A stretch of DNA of 64,000 bases from assembly GCF_030013205.1 (NCBI RefSeq), contig NZ_CP122648.1. One strand, written 5' to 3'. Positions 1-10,000 of this stretch are shown one piece after another. The notes below the pieces were generated by a model. The model searched no databases. It was not told the origin of the DNA and worked only from the letters and a program-made list of their open reading frames with translations. Origin of the DNA: Escherichia coli. Lineage in GTDB: Bacteria > Pseudomonadota > Gammaproteobacteria > Enterobacterales > Enterobacteriaceae. The translations under genes and the position numbers were made by a program. The stretch's first letter is position 1, and each line of letters opens with the position of its first letter.

Positions 1-273
1 CAAAAAAGTGAGCTGTACGGTTAGCGCGCCAACCACGGAAAAAATCAGCAGACTAATGGCATCTTTGTGATTGTTAATAATAGAAAAGATTTTATCGCCA
101 TGAACAAATGACAGCGTCAGCAGAATCAAACCGGCGAATATCAAACGCGTCATAGTCAAAAACTGCGACGACATCTGGCTTTGCTCCATGATGTATTGCG
201 CGCAGACCCCTGAACTTCCCCACAACACGGCGGCAATCAGAACGTTCAGCATCCCCTTTCTGGTGGAACCCAT
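1..273 (-). CDS. yicL: EamA/DMT-family inner-membrane transporter YicL, N-terminal ~91 codons only (gene runs off window start)
   Basis: Minus-strand translation from ATG at 273..271 reads [31 protein letters not shown]...; absent from ORF track because no stop lies in the window; position next to setC fits E. coli synteny. Confidence 0.8.
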
Positions 274-383
274 TTTTCCCTCTGCATACTGTTTTGTCGT
301 TTATGTATGCAGGCATGATAGCAAAAATGGCGAGGATGGCTCTGTTTGCGCCACGCCGATTTTTCTTAGCTCAGACTGGTGAG

Positions 384-1568
384 CTAAATATCTTTAATAA
401 ACAGCAGGCAAATCATCGCAATACCCAGCATTCCTATCGCCAGCCAGAACAACGCGTGGTAGCTCCAGATTTCAACCATAATTCCGTCAACAGAGCCGGC
501 GATAATCCAGCCGACGCGTGAAGTATTTGCATATAACGTTGTCGCAGAGCCTATTTTTTCAGGCATCAGGTCCTGAAAATAAAGCATGCCGATACCACAG
601 AGAATACCAAGGAAGATGGCATTTAGAATTTGCAATTCCAGCTCAACTACCGGAGTCGTCGCCATGAGTACGCTGGCGTAAAAATACATACCACTCACGA
701 TAGCAATGAGCATTAATAGTCGCTTGCCAATACGTTTCATGTAATAGCCTGCGATTAACATCATCGGAATTTCCAGACCGGCAGCAATACCAATCATTTC
801 TCCAGCCAGTTTATCGGTTAGATGCAGTTCATCAATAATAAATAGCGGCATATTTATCATGTAGAGATTATTCGCCGCCCACATCATTGAACAAACCACG
901 AAAAGTAGCCGTGTATCCCGCTTTCTATGGATGGAGGGTAAAATTTCTACGGGTTGGGTAACGACAGGAATATTTCTTTGTATTGATGGCAAAAACAACC
1001 AGACTATCAGCCCGCAAACAACAAATGCGATGGCTGCGGTGAGATACATCACTTTAAAACTAAATCCCATTGCCAGCTCATAAGCGAGCGGTGGCCCGAT
1101 AACCCAGGCAAGCGAGATCTGAGCACGTAAAAATGTACTGAACATGACCGTCTCACGGCCTGTTCTGTCGGCGTGTTCACGGGCGAGGGCGAACATTTGC
1201 GGGTTTGCAGTGGAAGCAAAACTACTCAGAAGTACGCCCGTAGAGAGGAGAATGAAGTAGTTGCGATTCCACGCAAAAAGCGTGCAGGCCAGCACTCCAA
1301 ATAAGCAACATAGCAGAATCAGTAATTTACGGTCGCCTTGTTTATCGGAGTGCCTTGCCAGAAATTGACTGACCAGAATTCCCATAATAGCGCTACCGGT
1401 GAAGAAAAAACCTACCATTATAGGACGAGCTTTCAGTTCATCTGCGAGGAATATACTTAAGGTGGGAGTCTGGAGAGCGCCCGCAATACCAGTCAGAAAG
1501 GCGACAAGTAAAAATGCCGCGGCAGTGAGATCAAGTATTTTTGATGGAGTGGTAGCCGTTTTTTGCAT
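384..1568 (-). CDS. setC: MFS sugar efflux transporter SetC (394 aa)
   Basis: 394-aa polytopic membrane protein from ORF track; recognised as SetC/YicK from sequence and from position adjacent to selC. Confidence 0.85.
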   Translation of the reverse strand: MQKTATTPSKILDLTAAAFLLVAFLTGIAGALQTPTLSIFLADELKARPIMVGFFFTGSAIMGILVSQFLARHSDKQGDRKLLILLCCLFGVLACTLFAWNRNYFILLSTGVLLSSFASTANPQMFALAREHADRTGRETVMFSTFLRAQISLAWVIGPPLAYELAMGFSFKVMYLTAAIAFVVCGLIVWLFLPSIQRNIPVVTQPVEILPSIHRKRDTRLLFVVCSMMWAANNLYMINMPLFIIDELHLTDKLAGEMIGIAAGLEIPMMLIAGYYMKRIGKRLLMLIAIVSGMYFYASVLMATTPVVELELQILNAIFLGILCGIGMLYFQDLMPEKIGSATTLYANTSRVGWIIAGSVDGIMVEIWSYHALFWLAIGMLGIAMICLLFIKDI

Positions 1569-2204
1569 TCTTCTGAATCACCGGGCGACAAAATATAACT
1601 GAGTTACAAATAAGTACCAGTCGAATGAGTATTGTATTAAGAATTTTTGAGTATCGCTGATACAACCAGAAAGCAATGCTAGCGCAATATTATAGGGCCA
1701 GCAATTGAGATTATTAGCAAAAGCATGTTAAGAATTAATCACCGAATTTATATATTAATTATAGTAAGGCAATGAGCTATTTTTGATAGTAAAAATAAAA
1801 CAAGTTGATTTGATATATTAAATGAAAAAATTAATCTTGATGACAGTCTGATTATTGGTGAAGTTTACAGGTCAGTTTTTTTCGCCAGCGGTTAAAGGAA
1901 TAGAATAGTCGTATAAAAAAGGGTGTTATGGAGCGTGTAAAACAATATCTTCACCTTAATGGCGATACAGTTGGCTGTGAGCCAGCAGGGGGCAAATCAC
2001 CTGCAAATAAACACGGCACATGCTGGCGCGCATATCGCGGATGCGTTCGAGGACAGAAGAACCGACAGGCGGATTCTTCAGCAGCTCATCGTCCATCACA
2101 AAACCTTTGACCAGGTATTTCTGAAGCCGATTGAATATTGAGCAGTAGAAAATATCTGGATTGACAGTATTACGAGGGGTTGGAGAACGTATGAAGAGGC
2201 AAAT

Positions 2205-2299
2205 TGGCGGAAGATCACAGGAGTCGAACCTGCCCGGGACCGCTGGCGGCCCCAACTGGATTTGAAGTCCAGCCGCCTCACCGGAGACGACGATCTTCC
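2205..2299 (-). tRNA. selC: tRNA-Sec (selenocysteine, anticodon UCA)
   Basis: Reverse complement reads GGAAGATCGTCGTCTCCGGTGAGGCGGCTGGACTTCAAATCCAGTTGGGGCCGCCAGCGGTCCCGGGCAGGTTCGACTCCTGTGATCTTCCGCCA, the 95-nt E. coli selC sequence with long variable arm and CCA end. Confidence 0.95.
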
Positions 2300-2563
2300 G
2301 CGCCTCGATTGCTACATGGAGGCGGGGCGCATTATAGCTACTTCCTTGAGTTTCTACATCCCCCAGATCAGTTTTTTCCGCCTAATACACGCAGCGTATT
2401 ATCACGAAAGCATTATAATTCATATAAAACCCATATTTTACAATGATATATGAGCGGAATTAACGCTACCACGATCACATAAAACAAGAATCATAAATTA
2501 ATAACCAGATATCGGAATATTCGCTCTCACAGGGATGGTTTACAAAATGCGTTATCGGTCTCA

Positions 2564-2568
2564 GCACC
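2564..2568. repeat. 5-bp target-site duplication GCACC, left copy, flanking IS2
   Basis: GCACC immediately outside the IS2 terminus at 2569; identical pentamer at 3900..3904. Confidence 0.85.
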
Positions 2569-2579
2569 TGGATTTGCCC

Positions 2580-3485
2580 CTATATTTCCAGACATCTGTT
2601 ATCACTTAACCCATTACAAGCCCGCTGCCGCAGATATTCCCGTGGCGAGCGATAACCCAGCGCACTATGCGGATGCCATTCGTTATAATGCTCGAACGCC
2701 TCTGCAAGGTTCTTTGCTGCCGTTAACCCGTCTGGTTTGGGCATGATACTGATGTAGTCACGCTTTATCGTTTTCACGAAGCTCTCTGCTATTCCGTTAC
2801 TCTCCGGACTCCGCACCGCCGTGTTCTTCGGTTCAAGTCCCAACATCCGGGCGAACTGGCGTGTTTCATTAGCCCGGTAGCATGAACCATTATCCGTCAG
2901 CCACTCCACTGGAGACGACGGAAGATCGTTGCCGAAGCGGCGTTCCACCGCTCCCAGCATGACGTCCTGTACTGTTTCACTGTTGAAGCCGCCGGTAGTC
3001 ACCGCCCAGTGCAGTGCCTCACGATCACAGCAGTCCAGCGCGAACGTGACACGCAGTCTCTCTCCGTTATCACAGCAGAACTCGAACCCGTCAGAGCACC
3101 ATCGCTGATTGCTTTCTTTCACGGCCACTCTGCCTGTATGTGCCCGTTTCGATGGCGGTACAGCAGGTTTTCGCTCAAGCAACAGCGCATTCTGGCGCAT
3201 GATCCGGTAAACACGTTTGGCATTGATCGCAGACATACCATCAAGTTCTGCCTGTCTGCGAAGCAGCGCCCATACCCGACGATAACCATACGTGGGCAGC
3301 TCTCCGATAACATGGTGTATACGGAGAAGCACATCCGTATCATCAGTGTGACGACTGCGGCGGCCATCCATCCAGTCATCGGTTCGTCTGAGAATGACGT
3401 GCAACTGCGCACGCGACACCCGGAGACAACGGCTGACTAAGCTTACTCCCCATCCCCGGGCAATAAGGGCGCGTGCGCTATCCAC
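2580..3485 (-). CDS. insD: IS2 transposase OrfB (InsD) frame, 301 aa; expressed as OrfAB fusion by -1 frameshift
   Basis: ORF track protein [30 protein letters not shown]... with DDE integrase-type core; recognised as IS2 InsD. Confidence 0.9.
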
Positions 3486-3808
3486 TTTTTTGCCCGTCCA
3501 TATTCAACGGCTTCTTTGAGGAGTTCATTTTCCATCGTTTTCTTGCCGAGCAGGCGCTGGAGTTCTTTAATCTGCTTCATGGCGGCAGCAAGTTCAGAGG
3601 CAGGAACAACCTGTTCTCCGGCGGCGACAGCAGTAAGACTTCCTTCCTGGTATTGCTTACGCCAGAGAAATAACTGGCTGGCTGCTACACCATGTTGCCG
3701 GGCAACGAGGGAGACCGTCATCCCCGGTTCAAAGCTCTGCTGAACAATTGCGATCTTTTCCTGTGTGGTACGCCGTCTGCGTTTCTCCGGCCCTAAGACA
3801 TCAATCAT
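3443..3808 (-). CDS. insC: IS2 OrfA (InsC) HTH protein, 121 aa
   Basis: [41 protein letters not shown]...; start placed at the internal Met of the 136-aa track ORF to give the 121-aa InsC. Confidence 0.85.
3485..3491 (-). promoter_or_regulatory. Programmed -1 ribosomal frameshift heptamer A-AAA-AAG at the insC/insD overlap
   Basis: Minus strand reads GCA AAA AAG TGG in the InsC frame; the -1 frame continues GTG GAT AGC... which is the InsD N-terminus (MDSARAL). Confidence 0.7.
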
Positions 3809-3899
3809 CTGTTCTCCAATGACTAGTCTAAAAACTAGTATTAAGACTATCACTTATTTAAGTGATACTGGTTGTCTGGAGATTCAGGGGGCCAGTCTA

Positions 3900-3904
3900 G
3901 CACC
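3900..3904. repeat. 5-bp target-site duplication GCACC, right copy, flanking IS2
   Basis: GCACC immediately after the IS2 end at 3899. Confidence 0.85.
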
Positions 3905-3927
3905 CCTATAGCATCAAGGAAAAGCAG

Positions 3928-5310
3928 ATGAAGAGTGAAGTGTTGTCCGTTAAAGAGAAAATTGGTTATGGCATGGGAGACGCCGCCAGCCACATTATTT
4001 TCGATAACGTAATGTTATATATGATGTTCTTTTATACCGATATTTTTGGCATTCCTGCCGGATTTGTCGGAACCATGTTTTTGGTCGCTCGTGCACTGGA
4101 TGCGATTTCCGATCCTTGCATGGGGTTGTTGGCCGATCGAACGCGCTCTCGCTGGGGTAAATTTCGTCCGTGGGTACTGTTTGGCGCACTGCCATTTGGG
4201 ATCGTCTGTGTACTGGCCTATAGCACGCCAGATCTCAGTATGAACGGCAAAATGATCTATGCAGCAATTACTTACACCCTACTTACCTTACTTTATACCG
4301 TCGTCAATATCCCTTACTGCGCATTGGGTGGTGTAATCACCAATGACCCGACTCAGCGTATCTCGCTGCAATCCTGGCGTTTTGTGCTGGCGACCGCGGG
4401 AGGCATGCTCTCTACTGTTCTGATGATGCCACTGGTTAATTTAATTGGCGGTGATAATAAACCACTCGGTTTCCAGGGCGGTATCGCGGTCCTTTCCGTG
4501 GTGGCATTCATGATGCTGGCATTTTGTTTCTTCACCACTAAAGAACGCGTTGAAGCACCACCTACAACGACGTCTATGCGGGAAGATTTACGTGATATCT
4601 GGCAAAACGACCAGTGGCGGATTGTCGGTTTACTAACCATTTTCAATATCCTGGCGGTGTGCGTACGCGGTGGGGCGATGATGTATTACGTCACATGGAT
4701 TTTGGGTACGCCGGAAGTGTTTGTCGCTTTTCTCACCACTTATTGCGTGGGTAACCTGATTGGTTCCGCACTGGCAAAACCGCTGACCGACTGGAAATGT
4801 AAAGTCACTATCTTCTGGTGGACGAACGCCCTGCTGGCAGTGATTAGCCTCGCGATGTTCTTTGTTCCTATGCAGGCCAGCATCACTATATTTGTCTTCA
4901 TCTTCGTGATTGGTGTGTTGCATCAACTGGTGACACCTATCCAGTGGGTAATGATGTCCGATACCGTCGACTACGGCGAGTGGTGCAATGGTAAACGCCT
5001 GACCGGGATCAGTTTTGCTGGCACGCTGTTTGTGCTCAAACTGGGGTTGGCCTTCGGCGGCGCTCTTATCGGCTGGATGCTGGCTTATGGCGGATATGAT
5101 GCGGCAGAAAAAGCGCAGAACAGCGCCACGATTAGCATCATTATTGCGCTATTCACGATTGTTCCGGCGATCTGTTATTTGCTGAGCGCGATTATCGCTA
5201 AACGCTACTACTCACTCACGACGCACAATCTGAAAACCGTTATGGAACAGCTGGCCCAGGGCAAACGCCGTTGCCAGCAACAATTCACCTCTCAAGAAGT
5301 GCAGAACTAA
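3928..5310 (+). CDS. yicJ: GPH-family (glycoside-pentoside-hexuronide:cation symporter) transporter YicJ, 460 aa
   Basis: 460-aa membrane protein MKSEVLSVKEKIGYGMGDAASHIIFDNVMLYMMFFYTDIFG...; directly upstream of yicI as in E. coli. Confidence 0.9.
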   Translation: MKSEVLSVKEKIGYGMGDAASHIIFDNVMLYMMFFYTDIFGIPAGFVGTMFLVARALDAISDPCMGLLADRTRSRWGKFRPWVLFGALPFGIVCVLAYSTPDLSMNGKMIYAAITYTLLTLLYTVVNIPYCALGGVITNDPTQRISLQSWRFVLATAGGMLSTVLMMPLVNLIGGDNKPLGFQGGIAVLSVVAFMMLAFCFFTTKERVEAPPTTTSMREDLRDIWQNDQWRIVGLLTIFNILAVCVRGGAMMYYVTWILGTPEVFVAFLTTYCVGNLIGSALAKPLTDWKCKVTIFWWTNALLAVISLAMFFVPMQASITIFVFIFVIGVLHQLVTPIQWVMMSDTVDYGEWCNGKRLTGISFAGTLFVLKLGLAFGGALIGWMLAYGGYDAAEKAQNSATISIIIALFTIVPAICYLLSAIIAKRYYSLTTHNLKTVMEQLAQGKRRCQQQFTSQEVQN

Positions 5311-5319
5311 GGAACGGCA

Positions 5320-7638
5320 ATGAAAATTAGCGACGGAAACTGGTTGATTCAACCTGGCCTCAATTTGATTCACCCGCTTCAGGTGTTCGAGGTTGAACAG
5401 CAGGGTAATGAAATGGTGGTCTATGCTGCCCCCCGTGATGTGCGTGAACGAACCTGGCAGCTTGATACGCCTTTATTTACGCTGCGCTTTTTCTCCCCAC
5501 AGGAAGGTATTGTCGGTGTACGGATTGAGCATTTTCAGGGGGCGCTGAATAACGGTCCTCATTATCCGCTCAATATTTTGCAGGACGTGAAGGTCACAAT
5601 CGAAAACACAGAACGTTACGCTGAGTTTAAAAGTGGCAACTTAAGCGCGCGTGTCAGCAAAGGTGAGTTCTGGTCACTGGATTTTCTGCGCAACGGCGAA
5701 CGTATTACCGGTAGTCAGGTGAAAAATAATGGCTACGTGCAGGACACGAATAATCAACGAAATTATATGTTTGAGCGGCTGGATCTTGGCGTTGGCGAAA
5801 CAGTTTACGGTCTGGGAGAGCGCTTTACTGCCCTGGTGCGCAATGGCCAGACGGTAGAGACCTGGAACCGGGACGGCGGCACAAGTACTGAACAGGCGTA
5901 TAAAAATATTCCGTTCTATATGACTAACCGTGGTTATGGGGTACTGGTCAATCATCCTCAATGCGTCTCTTTTGAAGTGGGATCGGAGAAAGTCTCCAAA
6001 GTGCAGTTCAGCGTTGAGAGTGAATATCTCGAATACTTTGTTATCGACGGCCCGACGCCGAAAGCGGTACTTGATCGTTATACCCGTTTTACTGGTCGTC
6101 CGGCGCTGCCGCCCGCGTGGTCCTTCGGCCTGTGGCTAACCACTTCATTTACCACCAACTACGACGAAGCGACGGTAAACAGCTTTATCGATGGTATGGC
6201 GGAACGCAATCTGCCACTGCATGTTTTCCACTTTGACTGTTTCTGGATGAAAGCCTTCCAGTGGTGCGATTTTGAGTGGGACCCGCTGACTTTCCCGGAC
6301 CCGGAAGGGATGATCCGCCGCCTGAAAGCGAAAGGGCTAAAAATCTGCGTCTGGATTAACCCCTATATCGGGCAAAAATCCCCTGTCTTTAAAGAGTTAC
6401 AAGAGAAAGGCTATTTACTCAAACGCCCGGACGGTTCGTTATGGCAGTGGGATAAATGGCAGCCAGGTCTGGCGATTTATGACTTTACCAATCCGGATGC
6501 CTGCAAATGGTACGCCGACAAACTGAAAGGTCTGGTCGCGATGGGCGTTGATTGCTTTAAGACCGACTTTGGCGAACGTATTCCAACCGATGTTCAGTGG
6601 TTTGACGGTTCCGATCCGCAGAAAATGCATAACCATTATGCGTACATCTACAACGAACTGGTGTGGAAAGTGCTCAAGGAAACCGTTGGCGAGGAAGAAG
6701 CCGTCTTGTTTGCTCGCTCGGCCTCCGTTGGTGCGCAGAAATTCCCGGTACACTGGGGTGGTGACTGTTACGCTAACTACGAATCAATGGCGGAAAGCCT
6801 GCGCGGTGGTTTGTCTATTGGCCTTTCAGGTTTTGGTTTCTGGAGCCACGATATCGGCGGCTTTGAGAATACCGCTCCGGCGCACGTTTACAAACGCTGG
6901 TGCGCGTTTGGTTTGCTCTCCAGCCATAGCCGTTTACATGGCAGCAAATCTTATCGTGTGCCGTGGGCCTACGATGATGAGTCCTGTGATGTGGTGCGCT
7001 TCTTCACGCAACTGAAATGCCGCATGATGCCGTATCTGTATCGTGAAGCTGCTCGTGCGAACGCGCGGGGTACGCCGATGATGCGGGCCATGATGATGGA
7101 GTTCCCGGACGATCCGGCTTGTGATTACCTTGACCGTCAATACATGTTAGGCGACAACGTGATGGTTGCTCCGGTGTTCACTGAAGCGGGCGATGTGCAG
7201 TTCTACTTGCCGGAAGGTCGCTGGACACATCTGTGGCACAACGATGAACTCGATGGTAGTCGCTGGCATAAACAGCAGCACAGCTTCCTGAGTCTGCCCG
7301 TTTATGTGCGTGATAACACCCTACTGGCGCTGGGCAACAACGAGCAACGTCCCGATTACGCGTGGCACGAAGGCACGGCATTCCAGCTCTTTAATCTACA
7401 AGACGGGCATGAAGCCATCTGTGAAGTGCCCGCTGCTGACGGTTCCGTTCTTTTCACCCTGAAAGCGGCGCGTACTGGCAACACGATTACTGTGACTGGT
7501 GCGGGCGAGGCGAAGAACTGGACACTGTGCTTGCGCAATGTTGTGAAAGTAAATGGTCTGCAAGGTGGTTCGCAGGCTGAAAGTGAGCAGGGACTGGTGG
7601 TGACTCCTCAAGGGAATGCGCTGACAATTACGTTGTAA
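5320..7638 (+). CDS. yicI: Alpha-xylosidase YicI (glycoside hydrolase family 31), 772 aa
   Basis: 772-aa ORF with GH31 hallmarks (WIDMNE-like region ...KTDFGERIP...); recognised as YicI. Confidence 0.9.
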   Translation: MKISDGNWLIQPGLNLIHPLQVFEVEQQGNEMVVYAAPRDVRERTWQLDTPLFTLRFFSPQEGIVGVRIEHFQGALNNGPHYPLNILQDVKVTIENTERYAEFKSGNLSARVSKGEFWSLDFLRNGERITGSQVKNNGYVQDTNNQRNYMFERLDLGVGETVYGLGERFTALVRNGQTVETWNRDGGTSTEQAYKNIPFYMTNRGYGVLVNHPQCVSFEVGSEKVSKVQFSVESEYLEYFVIDGPTPKAVLDRYTRFTGRPALPPAWSFGLWLTTSFTTNYDEATVNSFIDGMAERNLPLHVFHFDCFWMKAFQWCDFEWDPLTFPDPEGMIRRLKAKGLKICVWINPYIGQKSPVFKELQEKGYLLKRPDGSLWQWDKWQPGLAIYDFTNPDACKWYADKLKGLVAMGVDCFKTDFGERIPTDVQWFDGSDPQKMHNHYAYIYNELVWKVLKETVGEEEAVLFARSASVGAQKFPVHWGGDCYANYESMAESLRGGLSIGLSGFGFWSHDIGGFENTAPAHVYKRWCAFGLLSSHSRLHGSKSYRVPWAYDDESCDVVRFFTQLKCRMMPYLYREAARANARGTPMMRAMMMEFPDDPACDYLDRQYMLGDNVMVAPVFTEAGDVQFYLPEGRWTHLWHNDELDGSRWHKQQHSFLSLPVYVRDNTLLALGNNEQRPDYAWHEGTAFQLFNLQDGHEAICEVPAADGSVLFTLKAARTGNTITVTGAGEAKNWTLCLRNVVKVNGLQGGSQAESEQGLVVTPQGNALTITL

Positions 7639-7651
7639 TCTATTGAAGAAT

Positions 7652-7683
7652 GCCGGATACGAATGGTTTTGTGTCGTATCCGG
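7652..7683 (+). terminator. Stem-loop (GCCGGATACG ... CGTATCCGG) just after the yicI stop; REP-like or terminator hairpin
   Basis: Perfect 9-10 bp inverted repeat 14 bp after the yicI TAA; no strong U-tract. Confidence 0.45.
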
Positions 7684-7932
7684 TAAATAATCTCACATCT
7701 GGTAATAAATATTTCTTCCATCGTATTTGCGAGCATGATCACGATTATTCATCACGAAAATGTGATCTGTGCCGAAAAATATCTATTAACCGCCCCGTTT
7801 TGTTTTATACATGTCCGGACTACGGACAGATTTTAGTATTGTTGTGAAATTATTCTGCTTTATATTTACCCTCAGAGATGGCAACTGAAGCTCTTCCACA
7901 TGGGGCTTCTTAATCTGTGATAAGGGTAAAAA

Positions 7933-9486
7933 ATGCAAATGATTACCTCGCGACAAAACAGATTATTACGATTCCTTTTACCACGAAGGGAATATACGAC
8001 TATTGTTACGATTGCCGGCTATTTAAATGTTTCGGAAAAAACCATTCAACGTGATTTACGTTTACTTGAGCAATGGCTGGAACAATGGCGAATAACCGTT
8101 GAGAAGCGTGCTGGCGCAGGTGTGATGTTAGACTCGAAGAATATTACTGATTTGCTGCATCTTGATCATTTGTTGGGAGCAGAATGTGAAGAGATTGATG
8201 GTGTAATGAATAATGCCAGGCGCGTTAAAATAGCGTCGCAGTTATTAAGTGAAACACCGAATGAAACGTCGATCAGTAAATTGTCAGAGCGCTATTTTAT
8301 CAGTGGAGCCTCTATTGTTAATGACCTGAGAGTGATTGAGTCCTGGCTTGCGCCGTTGGGGTTATCATTGATCCGAAGCCCAAGTGGTACGCATATTGAA
8401 GGTAGTGAAGGGCAAGTCCGACAGGCAATGGCATTACTGATTAACGGCATTATTAACCATAATGAGCCGCAAGGTGTCGTGTATTCACGTCTGGATCCCG
8501 GAAGTTATAAAGCATTAGTCCATTATTTTGGAGAAGAAGAGGTGTTATTTGTCCAGTCATTGTTACTGGATATGGAAAATGAATTAAGTTGGTCTTTGGG
8601 AGAGCCTTATTACGTTAACATTTTTACTCACATCCTTATTATGATGTATCGCAACACGCACGGGAATGCGTTATCCAGAGAAGAAGATCAAACCAGGCAA
8701 TATGATGAAAATATCTTTAATGTTGCCAGTCAGATGATTCATAAGATAGAACAACGAATTGCACATACATTGCCCGATGATGAAGTCTGGTTTATTTATC
8801 AATATATCATTTCATCAGGTGTGGCGATTGATGGACAAAAAGATGTTAGCATTATTTCACATATGCAGGCCAGCAATGAAGCGCGTCTGATTACCTGGCG
8901 TTTAATTACGGTATTCAGTGACATCGTGGACTGCGATTTTAGTGAAGACAGCGCATTATATGATGGCTTGTTGGTTCATATTAAGCCGCTGATTAACCGA
9001 CTAAATTATCGCATTCATATCCGTAATCCATTGCTGGAAGATATTAAAGCAGAATTAGCGGATGTCTGGCGGTTGACGCAATATGTGGTGAATCAGGTAT
9101 TTAAAACCTGGGGTGAGAATGCAGTGAGCGAGGATGAAGTAGGTTACCTGACCGTTCATTTTCAGGCTGCGATGGAGCGGCAAATTGCCCGTAAACGTGT
9201 ATTACTGGTCTGTTCAACCGGAATCGGAACTTCGCATCTACTGAAAAGCCGTATTCTGCGAGCATTTCCTGAATGGACGATTGTTGATGTTATTTCAGCA
9301 GCGAATTTATCACAGGTTTTGCCTGACAATATCGAACTGATTATTTCGACCATTAATTTGCCTACAGTCACTATGCCGGTCGCTTATGTTACCGCTTTTT
9401 TTAATGATGCCGATATTAAGCGAGTCACTGAAATGGTGATTACGGAAAAATTACATCATGCGACATCTCGGGTCGTTGAAATTTAA
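7933..9486 (+). CDS. PRD-containing transcriptional activator (BglG/LicR/MtlR type) with N-terminal HTH and C-terminal PTS EIIB-like domain, 517 aa
   Basis: N-terminal winged-helix region (TIVTIAGYLNVSEKTIQRDLRLLEQ), central PRD-like regions, C-terminal LLVCSTGIGTSHLLKSRI (EIIB-Gat-like phosphorylatable Cys motif); heads a PTS operon. Confidence 0.7.
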   Translation: MQMITSRQNRLLRFLLPRREYTTIVTIAGYLNVSEKTIQRDLRLLEQWLEQWRITVEKRAGAGVMLDSKNITDLLHLDHLLGAECEEIDGVMNNARRVKIASQLLSETPNETSISKLSERYFISGASIVNDLRVIESWLAPLGLSLIRSPSGTHIEGSEGQVRQAMALLINGIINHNEPQGVVYSRLDPGSYKALVHYFGEEEVLFVQSLLLDMENELSWSLGEPYYVNIFTHILIMMYRNTHGNALSREEDQTRQYDENIFNVASQMIHKIEQRIAHTLPDDEVWFIYQYIISSGVAIDGQKDVSIISHMQASNEARLITWRLITVFSDIVDCDFSEDSALYDGLLVHIKPLINRLNYRIHIRNPLLEDIKAELADVWRLTQYVVNQVFKTWGENAVSEDEVGYLTVHFQAAMERQIARKRVLLVCSTGIGTSHLLKSRILRAFPEWTIVDVISAANLSQVLPDNIELIISTINLPTVTMPVAYVTAFFNDADIKRVTEMVITEKLHHATSRVVEI

Positions 9487-9512
9487 TGTCAGAATTTTAT
9501 GAGGTATGACGA

Positions 9513-9983
9513 ATGGACATAACAAAAATCCTGAATACGAATCGCGTTATTTTAGATATGCAAGCGACGAATAAAGCGGAGGCGATTGAAGAATTAACTA
9601 ATCTTCTCAAAAAAGATGGTGCGATCGATTGTCGGGAAACCTTTATTAAAGATGTCTGGCAGCGCGAAGCGGAAGGCTCGACTGGTTTTGAAAATCATAT
9701 TGCGATCCCGCATGGTAAATCTTCTGCGGTAATTAATACCACGCTGGCTATCGGGCGTACCCGGCAGGATATTCCCTGGGAAACACTGGATGGCAGTAGC
9801 GTACGCTGTATTATTTTATTTGCGGTACGTCTTGAAGATCAAAATACCACTCATATCCGTTTACTTTCCCAGGTCGCGGGCGCGCTTGCAGATGATGACA
9901 TCATAGCGCAATTGCTGGTTGAGACGAGCCCGCAAAAAATCATTGATCTCTTTAGTCAGTATGCACAATCCGATGTCTACTAA
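9513..9983 (+). CDS. PTS EIIA component, fructose/mannitol (type 2) family, 156 aa
   Basis: ...GFENHIAIPHGKSSAV... conserved phospho-His region of EIIA-2 domains. Confidence 0.75.
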   Translation: MDITKILNTNRVILDMQATNKAEAIEELTNLLKKDGAIDCRETFIKDVWQREAEGSTGFENHIAIPHGKSSAVINTTLAIGRTRQDIPWETLDGSSVRCIILFAVRLEDQNTTHIRLLSQVAGALADDDIIAQLLVETSPQKIIDLFSQYAQSDVY

Positions 9984-10000
9984 ATAACAGGGAGTATCTC

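Larger units (their letters stand above)
2569..3899 (-). mobile_element. Insertion sequence IS2 (IS3 family), complete 1331-bp copy
   Basis: Termini TGGATTTGCCCCTATATTTCCAGACA (2569..) and ...TGGAGATTCAGGGGGCCAGTCTA (..3899) match the IS2 inverted repeats as I recall them; length exactly 1331 bp; contains insC/insD with the A6G frameshift motif; flanked by 5-bp direct repeats. Confidence 0.93.

Noticed and set aside
1956-2255. 99-aa ORF on the minus strand in the selC-setC spacer
   Set aside because: Its 5' part overlaps the selC tRNA gene itself, so it cannot be an intact gene as drawn. Only the downstream portion is kept as a possible coding remnant (see findings).
2205-2299. Possible pathogenicity island or prophage integrated at selC
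   Set aside because: No integrase, no phage-like genes and no long foreign block adjacent to the selC 3' end; setC follows after 636 bp. The only mobile element nearby is IS2 on the 5' side.
7650-7847. 65-aa ORF in the yicI-regulator intergenic region
   Set aside because: Overlaps the yicI terminator hairpin and the putative promoter/operator region; no Shine-Dalgarno and an implausible Cys/His-rich low-complexity translation.
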